Origin: an uncultured bacterium
GTDB taxonomy: Bacteria > Armatimonadota > Abditibacteriia > Abditibacteriales > Abditibacteriaceae
DNA length: 64,000 nt
Reading direction: 5' to 3'
NCBI GenBank assembly: GCA_963843795.1
Contig: CAWJLW010000006.1
Location: 682,001 to 746,000 of the forward strand
Shown: positions 33,736-41,051 of the stretch, one piece after another
How the letters are laid out: each line of letters begins with the position of its first letter
Numbering within the stretch: the stretch's first letter is position 1
Translations under genes and position numbers: made by a program
Notes under the pieces: generated by a model
Told to the model about the DNA's origin: nothing
Databases searched by the model: none
What the model saw: only the letters and a program-made list of their open reading frames with translations

Positions 33736-36700
33736 ATGGAAAGCACCGCCAGTGAAGTGTGGTTGGTATCGCCCCGCCCGCATATAAGCGAGATGTTGCG
33801 GGCGTGTCTACCAGCAGAGGTAAAATGCCGAGTCGAGACTTCTCTAGCACCGGCTTCTCTCTCTGTGCCCGATTCCTGCATCGTGTGCGTTGATGTTACC
33901 GCCACTTTCCCCGCTGCGGTTTCTTCTGCTTCCGCATCTTTTTCTGAGAATTACGCGCCGCAAGTACTTGCAGGACAGAAAACGGTATCTCACGAAGGCG
34001 CAGTTAACGGCACTATCAGCGATGGACTGGCATGGATTGGTGCCGCGCGCCGTGCCAAGGCGAGCGCGCCGCTGGTCTTAGTAGCAACCGAAGAAGACGA
34101 AATTTCCTCTCAACTGGCCTCGTTAGCTTTAGCCGTGGGCGCGACTGACTTCTTGATTCTGAACGATCTATCGTCAGAATCGGTGGCTCTTTTGTTGGAG
34201 CATATTAATCTGCAGCGCCGCAACGATGTTGTTGCGTTACGCTGCGATGCCATCAACAGCGTAATTGGCAACAGTGCTCAAGAATTTCTACGCAACGATT
34301 GGCGTCTTCACATTAACGCTATGCTGGCTGCTCTGGGGCTGGCTACCGGCGTGACCCACGTTTACCTGCGCCAGTTAGAAACTCACATCCAAAGTTCGCT
34401 GGATGAACACTGCCACGAAATCGTGCAAGAAGTTTTGGATGGCGAATTGATGTCGTTTTTGCTGCACGATTGGGCATTACCCAACTTCACGCCTTTGCAC
34501 GAGCACGCGTGGATGCGCCATCTGTCCTTGAAGTGCTGTGAGTTCGCGCCTTATGTGCAAAGCTTGCTGGCGGGCGAAACCAATTTGATTCAGACGCGCA
34601 GCTTCGAGCCGCTTCAACGACAGCGGCTCGAAGCTGCGCAGTTGCGTTCGTGGTTAGTGGTGCCGGTGATGGTGGAAGGCGCTTGGGGCTATCTGGGCTT
34701 CAATCAAGCAAATCAGGATCGTAGCTGGCACGATCTGGAAATCAAAGCCTTGCAAAAGGCGGCACAACTCCTGGCTGCGGCCATTGCTCAACAGCGCACC
34801 GAACAACAGCGTCAGGAAAATGCGCACGCCCTGCGTGCTGCAATGCGTTTCAATGAAGAAGTGATTTCGACTGCGGGCGAGGGCATCGCGGTTCTGGACT
34901 GTGACCTGAAACTCCGCTTGTGGAACCAGTTTTTGGAGCGTTTGACTGGAATGAGCGCCGCACAGGTTACTTCGCTGCGCATCAACGAATTGTTCCCCAA
35001 CATGGAAGAAATGGGAATTCTGGATTTGATGCGGAGTGCCCTGCAGGGCAACTCGACACAAAGCGGTGATGTCGCCTTTAATATCGTTTCGACTGGCGAG
35101 CGCGGCTGGATTTCGTGCACTTTCGAACCTCACCGCGATGGTAGCGGAAATATCGTTGGTATTATCGCTGTTGTGCACGACGTTTCCGAGCGCCACCACG
35201 CTGAAGAAAAACTGCGTCTCAGTGGTGAAAAGTTTCGTTCGCTGATCGAAAATAGCACTGATATTATTTGTGCTTTCGAACCCGATGGCACAATTAGTTA
35301 CGCCAGTCCGGCGCTGGAGCGCGTTCTGGGCAGTGAACCTTTGGGGTTGCACGGGTGCGTATTATGGAACTATTTGCATCCTGAAGATGTTGAGCGAGTG
35401 CGCGATTATGTGGAACATCTGCTGGACAATCACCAAAATACTACCGAATTCGAGATGCGTCTGAGCCATGGCGATGGCAGTTGGCAGATCGTCGAAGCCT
35501 CGTGCCGCAACCTTCTGGATAAAGAAGCCGTGGGCGGTTTAGTTATTAATGCGCGCGATATTTCGCAGCGCAAAGAAAACGAACGCGCCCTGATTCGTGC
35601 TGCGATGCACGATCGCCTGACCGGTTTGCCTAATCGCGCCTTCTTCATGGATCGTTTGCGTTTGCGCATCGAACGCGCGCGTCGCGCGCACGATGCGTTG
35701 TATGCGGTTTTGTTTTTGGATTTCGACCGCTTCAAAGTCATCAACGATAGTCTGGGCCATCTGGTTGGCGACCAGCTTTTGATCGCTATTGGTCAGCGTT
35801 TGGAAACCTGCTTGCGACCTGGTGATACCGTGGCGCGTTTGGGCGGCGACGAATTCGCGATTCTGCTCGAAGACATGGCGCGCGTGCAGGACGCGCTGGA
35901 TGTGGCCGAGCGTGTGCAGCGCGAAATGCGCCGTCCTTTCACGCTGAAACGTGACACCGGCGCTCAGGCAAACTCACATCACGAAGTTTTCACCGCCGCA
36001 TCTATCGGCATCGCGCTGGCTGGTGTTGACAGGCAAGCGCCTCGCTACGAACACGCCGAAGATTTACTGCGCGATGCTGATATGGCAATGTATCGTGCCA
36101 AAGAGCGCGGGCGCGGGCGCCACGAGATTTTCGACGTCGCCATGCACCAGCAAGCCATGAAGCGTTTGCAAATGGAAACCGAATTGCGCGCCGCCATTGA
36201 AAAAAACGCTTTTCTGGTGCATTATCAACCGATTGTCGCGCTCGATGACGGCGCGCTCAGAGGTTTCGAAGCGCTAATTCGCTGGTCGCACCCCGAACGC
36301 GGTTGGCTTGCGCCACGCGAATTTCTTGAAGTGGCCGAAGAAACTGGCCTTATTATTCCGTTGGGCTGGTGGGTGCTGCGCGAAGCCTGCTTGCAATTAC
36401 GTCACTGGATGGACGAAGAAAGTGTTAACGCAGAAGGCCACGCGGGACGCGTGCTGACGATGAATGTCAATTTGTCGGATCGTCAGTTCACACATCCCGA
36501 CTTGCTGCCAACTATCAAGGCTGCGCTAAAAGAAGCTGGTTTGCAAGTCCACCATCTTAAACTCGAAATCAATGAAAGCGTGATTGTAGGTCACAGTGAT
36601 GTCGTTGAATCTCAGCTACAGGCGTTACACGAATTGGGCGTGCAACTGGGGTTAGACGATTTTGGAACCGGCTACTCATCGCTGAGCCAACTGCATCGTT

Positions 36701-36975
36701 TGCACATCGGTGCGCTGAAAATCGATGGCTCGTTCATCGCCCAATTAAGCAAGCAAAGCGATTGGAGCATGGCACAAACTATTGTCGAGTTGGCACGCCA
36801 GTTGAAAATCGATGTTGTCGCTGAAGGTATTGAAACCAGCGAACAAGTCGATCTTCTGCGCGACTTGAATTGTCATCTGGGTCAAGGCTTTTATTTCGCA
36901 CCACCCATGAACCACGATGACGTTACGGCTTTTCTGGCCGCCGCTCCCGCGCGCACCTCAATTCTGAAAACGTAA
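33736..36975 (+). CDS. Diguanylate cyclase/phosphodiesterase (degenerate REC-GAF-PAS-PAS-GGDEF-EAL)
   Basis: HDRLTGLPNR, ARLGGDEF, FEALIRW, DDFGTGYSSL and VAEGIET; two PAS domains. Confidence 0.93.
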   Translation: MESTASEVWLVSPRPHISEMLRACLPAEVKCRVETSLAPASLSVPDSCIVCVDVTATFPAAVSSASASFSENYAPQVLAGQKTVSHEGAVNGTISDGLAWIGAARRAKASAPLVLVATEEDEISSQLASLALAVGATDFLILNDLSSESVALLLEHINLQRRNDVVALRCDAINSVIGNSAQEFLRNDWRLHINAMLAALGLATGVTHVYLRQLETHIQSSLDEHCHEIVQEVLDGELMSFLLHDWALPNFTPLHEHAWMRHLSLKCCEFAPYVQSLLAGETNLIQTRSFEPLQRQRLEAAQLRSWLVVPVMVEGAWGYLGFNQANQDRSWHDLEIKALQKAAQLLAAAIAQQRTEQQRQENAHALRAAMRFNEEVISTAGEGIAVLDCDLKLRLWNQFLERLTGMSAAQVTSLRINELFPNMEEMGILDLMRSALQGNSTQSGDVAFNIVSTGERGWISCTFEPHRDGSGNIVGIIAVVHDVSERHHAEEKLRLSGEKFRSLIENSTDIICAFEPDGTISYASPALERVLGSEPLGLHGCVLWNYLHPEDVERVRDYVEHLLDNHQNTTEFEMRLSHGDGSWQIVEASCRNLLDKEAVGGLVINARDISQRKENERALIRAAMHDRLTGLPNRAFFMDRLRLRIERARRAHDALYAVLFLDFDRFKVINDSLGHLVGDQLLIAIGQRLETCLRPGDTVARLGGDEFAILLEDMARVQDALDVAERVQREMRRPFTLKRDTGAQANSHHEVFTAASIGIALAGVDRQAPRYEHAEDLLRDADMAMYRAKERGRGRHEIFDVAMHQQAMKRLQMETELRAAIEKNAFLVHYQPIVALDDGALRGFEALIRWSHPERGWLAPREFLEVAEETGLIIPLGWWVLREACLQLRHWMDEESVNAEGHAGRVLTMNVNLSDRQFTHPDLLPTIKAALKEAGLQVHHLKLEINESVIVGHSDVVESQLQALHELGVQLGLDDFGTGYSSLSQLHRLHIGALKIDGSFIAQLSKQSDWSMAQTIVELARQLKIDVVAEGIETSEQVDLLRDLNCHLGQGFYFAPPMNHDDVTAFLAAAPARTSILKT

Positions 36976-36978
36976 AAC

Positions 36979-37010
36979 ACAACGCGAGGCAAGTACTTGC
37001 CCCGCGTTGT
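36979..37010. terminator. Hairpin centred on the repeat, between convergent genes
   Basis: ACAACGCGAG-GCAAGTACTTGC-CCCGCGTTGT. Confidence 0.65.
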
Positions 37011-37024
37011 TTATAGTTTTGAGC

Positions 37025-37894
37025 TTACCCGTTAACGACCGTGCCGCCATTGGGATGCAACGTTTGCCCGGCGATATACGAAGCGTCGTCTGAAGCCAGA
37101 AAAACGTAGCATGTCGCCACTTCTTTGGGCTGTCCGGCGCGCTTCATCGGCGTATCAGCGCCAAAAGTCGCCACTTCTTCAGCGGGAAAAGTTGCGGGAA
37201 TTAAGGGCGTCCAAATCGGGCCGGGCGCGACCGCGTTGACGCGAATTCCTTTCTTGATTAAATTCTGCGACAGCGAGCGTGTGAAAGCGATTTCAGCGCC
37301 TTTGGTGGAAGAATAATCCAACAATTCTGCTGCGCCTTTGTAGGCCGTGACCGAAACCGTGTTGATAATTGCGCTGCCGTGCTTGAGATGTGGCACTGCG
37401 TGTTTGGTTAGAAAAAAGTAGCCGAAAATGTTGGTGCGGAAGGTGCGTTCCAACTGCTCGGCGCTGATAGTTTCCAGTTTTTCGCGAGGATGCTGTTCGC
37501 TGGCGTTATTGACCAAAATATCCAACTGTCCATATTCAGCAATGGTTTTTTCGACGGCACTTTTGCAGAAATTTTCATCGCCCACGTCGCCCGCGATGAG
37601 GAGACATTTCTGACCGAATTTTTCCACGATGCGCTGCGTTTCTGCTGCGTCCTGATCTTCGTTGAGGTAAACAATCGCGACATCAGCGCCCTCGCGCGCG
37701 AACAAAACGCTAACTGCGCGTCCGATGCCGGAATCGCCGCCGCTGATCAGCGCGATTTTGCCCTTGAGTTTGCCGGCAGCCTGATAATCCGGCCCTTCGC
37801 CACAATTGGGTGCAGGCGTCATTTCGGCTTCAATGCCGGGCTGCCGGTCTTGCGATTGCGCCGGTCGTTGTTGCGATTCTTTTTCTTCTGCCAT
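37025..37894 (-). CDS. SDR oxidoreductase of the YhdF/YdaD/YghA general-stress type
   Basis: QPGIEAEM.P.P, SGGDSGIG, YSSTKG and APGPIWTPL motifs. Confidence 0.92.
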   Translation of the reverse strand: MAEEKESQQRPAQSQDRQPGIEAEMTPAPNCGEGPDYQAAGKLKGKIALISGGDSGIGRAVSVLFAREGADVAIVYLNEDQDAAETQRIVEKFGQKCLLIAGDVGDENFCKSAVEKTIAEYGQLDILVNNASEQHPREKLETISAEQLERTFRTNIFGYFFLTKHAVPHLKHGSAIINTVSVTAYKGAAELLDYSSTKGAEIAFTRSLSQNLIKKGIRVNAVAPGPIWTPLIPATFPAEEVATFGADTPMKRAGQPKEVATCYVFLASDDASYIAGQTLHPNGGTVVNG

Positions 37895-37931
37895 CTCTTC
37901 TCCCATCGAAATTTGATGGCAAAAGACAATG

Positions 37932-37946
37932 GCAAAGGCGATACCA
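37932..37946 (-). promoter_or_regulatory. Putative sigma54 -24/-12 promoter of the SDR gene
   Basis: Minus strand TGGTAT-CGCCT-TTGC, 37 bp upstream of the ATG. Confidence 0.6.
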
Positions 37947-37958
37947 AAAGTCCGGTTT

Positions 37959-37973
37959 CGGCACTTCTTTTGC
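37959..37973 (+). promoter_or_regulatory. Putative sigma54 -24/-12 promoter of the small protein at 38031
   Basis: CGGCAC-TTCTT-TTGC, 57 bp upstream of the ATG. Confidence 0.6.
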
Positions 37974-38030
37974 GCCGAGAAATTCGCAATGCGGCGAAGC
38001 AAACGCTGCAAGTACTTGCGGGAGGTTACA

Positions 38031-38219
38031 ATGCCACAGGGCGATAAATCGAAATATACCGACAAGCAAAAACGCAAAGCTGGCCATATTGAAGAAAGCT
38101 ATAAAGAGCACGGTAAAAGCGAAGATGAAGCTGAACGCATTGCGTGGGCGACCGTTAACAAGGAAGATGGCGGCGGTAACCAAAGCGGCTCCGGTCGCAA
38201 AAAATCGGATGGCTCGTGA
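38031..38219 (+). CDS. Small conserved basic protein (MPQGDKSKYTDKQKRKA..IEE...AERIAWATVNK family, often annotated 'plasmid stabilization protein')
   Basis: GGAGG RBS; recognisable family motif. Confidence 0.82.
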   Translation: MPQGDKSKYTDKQKRKAGHIEESYKEHGKSEDEAERIAWATVNKEDGGGNQSGSGRKKSDGS

Positions 38220-38296
38220 GCCTCACTACAGCTTCACTACGAAAACAGCGTTGCAAGTACTTGCAGCGCTGTTGACTAGCCTGACAAACAATTATA

Positions 38297-38338
38297 AAAC
38301 CAAAAAGCCAGCGCAAAGTTGCGCTGGCTTTTTGGTTT
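38297..38338. terminator. Bidirectional intrinsic terminator
   Basis: AAACCAAAAAGCCAGCGCAA-AG-TTGCGCTGGCTTTTTGGTTT. Confidence 0.8.
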
Positions 38339-38352
38339 GTCTGTTAAAACTT

Positions 38353-38859
38353 TCAGCTTTCGCGTTCGCCAGCCAAAATCGCGCCGGTGACCAAAATGCC
38401 GACACCCGAAAGCAAAGTCGCCCAAGAAGCGATAGTCAAACCACCCTGCGCTTTTTCAGCGTCTTCGGGCGTGTCTTCGTTAGGTTTGTCGGCTTGTTCG
38501 ATGGGCGTGTAAGCATCGGGTTCGGCGTTGACGGCATATTCGCCCAGCGCCATCGAAGCCAAGGAGGAAACGCCAGCGCTCAACATCAGCGCATCTTTGA
38601 GACGCGCCACGTTGACATATTTTGCCGACGGACGACGTGGCGGATTGCGGCGCATGATGAAATGTGTCACCATCGCGGCGGCCAACCCAGCAGCGCCCCA
38701 AGGCTGAAAACGCGCCCAACCTTCATCGACCATTTTGCCGCGCTCTTCGGGATCGTCCAGAACTTCTACGGCGGGATTCAAGGCGACGCAGCCCATCAGG
38801 GTGCCGCCAAACCAGACGGCTGTGCCGATGTCATTGATCGCGCGTGTAATGTTTCCCAT
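38353..38859 (-). CDS. Hypothetical membrane protein
   Basis: GGAGG RBS; about 4 hydrophobic segments; D.G.A.WFGG.LMG..ALN motif. Confidence 0.75.
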   Translation of the reverse strand: MGNITRAINDIGTAVWFGGTLMGCVALNPAVEVLDDPEERGKMVDEGWARFQPWGAAGLAAAMVTHFIMRRNPPRRPSAKYVNVARLKDALMLSAGVSSLASMALGEYAVNAEPDAYTPIEQADKPNEDTPEDAEKAQGGLTIASWATLLSGVGILVTGAILAGERES

Positions 38860-38918
38860 TAAATAAACCTCCGCGCAGTATCTCTACTGCGAAATAAATT
38901 TTTCCGCGTCTCGTCATA

Positions 38919-38933
38919 GCAAGCACGATGCCG
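38919..38933 (-). promoter_or_regulatory. Putative sigma54 -24/-12 promoter
   Basis: Minus strand CGGCAT-CGTGC-TTGC(T), 59 bp upstream of the ATG. Confidence 0.6.
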
Positions 38934-38976
38934 CAAAATATACTACAAATCTATAGAAAAGCAAGTTCCCGCCGCG

Positions 38977-39687
38977 TCATTTTCTTACCATAGATGATGC
39001 GGAAACTGCCGGTGCATTGTCCATTAAAATCACGCGCGCCGCAGTGAGTAAGAGTTCTGGATTCAAACGCACGCGGTAATTCGGATTGACGTAGCTGAAT
39101 TGAATCAAGCCTTTTTGATCGACGATGAAAACGCCTGGCGCGGGCAAAACGCGCGATTTTCCGTCCGGCGCGGCCTTCAAATTAACGCCCGCCTCCGCAT
39201 AACGTTTGGCAGTCGCGTCATCGACGCGATAGGCTAAACCCATGCTGCGCATCGCTTGTGTTGAGTTGTCCGAAAGCAATGTGTAATCCAGCGCATCTTT
39301 AACCAAAGTTTTTTCCAATGCTGTCGGTTCGTCGGGACTGATGGCCAAAATTTGATAGCCCAAACGCACCAAGTCGCCGTTAATTTTCTGTAACTGCGAT
39401 AACTGCGCGTTACAGAACGGACACCAGCCGCCACGATAGAAAATCAAAACCGTCGGCTGCTTTTTCAGCGCCGCGTTCAAATCGAAAATTTTGCTATCGC
39501 CAGTTTTTAGCGTCAGCGGTGGCACTTCGGAGCCAACCGGAAGCGGCCACACCTCCTCCGCTCGTTGCGCTACGGGCCGCTCTTTTGTTGCTGCGGGTTT
39601 GTCAGTTTTCTCATCGGCAGCGCGCGCTACAATCAAAGGCGCAGCGGCAGTGCAAGCGAGCAGAATTGTGGCAGGAATAAGTTTCAT
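38977..39687 (-). CDS. Exported peroxiredoxin-like (AhpC/TSA family) protein
   Basis: FYRGGWCPFC, AISPD, LLSD and PAPGVFIVD motifs; signal peptide. Confidence 0.87.
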   Translation of the reverse strand: MKLIPATILLACTAAAPLIVARAADEKTDKPAATKERPVAQRAEEVWPLPVGSEVPPLTLKTGDSKIFDLNAALKKQPTVLIFYRGGWCPFCNAQLSQLQKINGDLVRLGYQILAISPDEPTALEKTLVKDALDYTLLSDNSTQAMRSMGLAYRVDDATAKRYAEAGVNLKAAPDGKSRVLPAPGVFIVDQKGLIQFSYVNPNYRVRLNPELLLTAARVILMDNAPAVSASSMVRK

Positions 39688-39765
39688 AGTTGACTTTTTA
39701 AACTCTGCAAGTACTTGCGTGGCATCGGCACCTATTTGCAATCCATCTTATGAGCATTCATTCAA

Positions 39766-40113
39766 TTAAACGCCACTCGTGAAATCGACGCCATTGTTGC
39801 CTAAATCGACATTAAGACCCATGTTGAGTGCTGTGTTGAAAAAGCGCACCGGCACCCAGGTTTCGCCGTTTTCGACATAAGGCGCTTCCTGCAACGTTTG
39901 TGTGTTACCATCGACATCAATTTCGGCATCGCCAATTTTTGTCGTTATCATGTGATCGCCGTGATAAACGATGGCAACGCCATTATCGGGATCGAAATCG
40001 ACTTTAGCACCCATGGCTTCGGCCACATCGCGCAGCGGCACCCACATCGTGCCCTCTTTGAGTTGGGGTTCGTTATTCAATCCGAGAGATTGTCCGTTCA
40101 GTGTGTAAGGCAT
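39766..40113 (-). CDS. Copper amine oxidase N-terminal (stalk) domain protein
   Basis: VPLRDVAEAMGAKV and APYVENGETWVPVRF motifs. Confidence 0.85.
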   Translation of the reverse strand: MPYTLNGQSLGLNNEPQLKEGTMWVPLRDVAEAMGAKVDFDPDNGVAIVYHGDHMITTKIGDAEIDVDGNTQTLQEAPYVENGETWVPVRFFNTALNMGLNVDLGNNGVDFTSGV

Positions 40114-40146
40114 ATTCCTTCTCCTGATGAAAATTTGTCCTAAACG

Positions 40147-40183
40147 CAGAAAAGCCGCGCTCAGCTTGAGCGCGGCTTTTCTG
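40147..40183 (-). terminator. Intrinsic terminator after the BON gene
   Basis: CAGAAAAGCCGCGCTCA-GCT-TGAGCGCGGCTTTTCTG. Confidence 0.75.
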
Positions 40184-40192
40184 ATTTGGCCA

Positions 40193-40702
40193 TTATTTAA
40201 CTGTTAATTCATTAGAAACTTTGTAGTTGGGCGCTTCGCGCTTGGCAATAGTTTCGGCTGCGGTTTTCTGCGCCGCGTTCTTCACGGTGCCCTTCAGATG
40301 CACCACACCATTGGCAGTATCGACATCGATTTCAGAGCCGTTCAGTGAAGCGTTGGCACCCAGCGCGGTCTTAACTTTCGGTGTCATAGCCACGTCATCG
40401 GCATTGGATACGGCGTTGGCTGCTTTGTCGGCTCCAGCAGCGACGCTATCACCAACCGCAGCGGCACCATTAGCTACGGCATCGCCGGTTTGTGCTGCGG
40501 CGTTGCCGACGGCGTCGCCGACGTTACCAGCAGCGTTTTCCATGTTTTCTCCCGCTTGGTCCATCTTGGCGGCGGGCACCGAATCAGCGGTTTGGCCGTC
40601 GCCAGTCTGATCTTGTCCAGTGCAACCGGCCAACGAAATCAGCGCGATGGCGCCAACGCCCATGACTTTGCTCCATGTGTTCAACGTGTTCAAATGTTTC
40701 AT
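40193..40702 (-). CDS. BON-domain (OsmY-like) lipoprotein
   Basis: LAGC lipobox; DVAMTPKVKTAL...IDVDTANGVVHLKGTV...VSNELTV. Confidence 0.88.
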   Translation of the reverse strand: MKHLNTLNTWSKVMGVGAIALISLAGCTGQDQTGDGQTADSVPAAKMDQAGENMENAAGNVGDAVGNAAAQTGDAVANGAAAVGDSVAAGADKAANAVSNADDVAMTPKVKTALGANASLNGSEIDVDTANGVVHLKGTVKNAAQKTAAETIAKREAPNYKVSNELTVK

Positions 40703-40877
40703 ACGTCCTCCTAAAATTCTTTTCGCCGGTAATTATTTTTCTGGCGCACTCAATCTATACGATGTTTGCTCTACGCTTTCAACGTCTCAGGTGTTACACA
40801 GCGCACATCCGGAGCTTTTGGCTCTAAATGCGTCGCCGCTGTGACCAGAAATTGCTGAAATGTAAAACATTGTGTTC

Positions 40878-40892
40878 GCAAATGTGGTGCCA
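40878..40892 (-). promoter_or_regulatory. Putative sigma54 -24/-12 promoter of the BON lipoprotein
   Basis: Minus strand TGGCAC-CACAT-TTGC, a full consensus match, about 175 bp upstream of the ATG. Confidence 0.65.
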
Positions 40893-41051
40893 CCCGATTT
40901 CACGCAAAATTGAAGAGCGGGATTTGTGCTGCAAGTAGCAGCACAAATCTCTTGGCGTTCTCTGCGAAACCTTTGCGTCTCTGCGCTAAATCTAACCCGT
41001 TTTATTGTTCCGTATCGTCCCGCGTGCTAACATGAAAATGGTTCAAATTTA

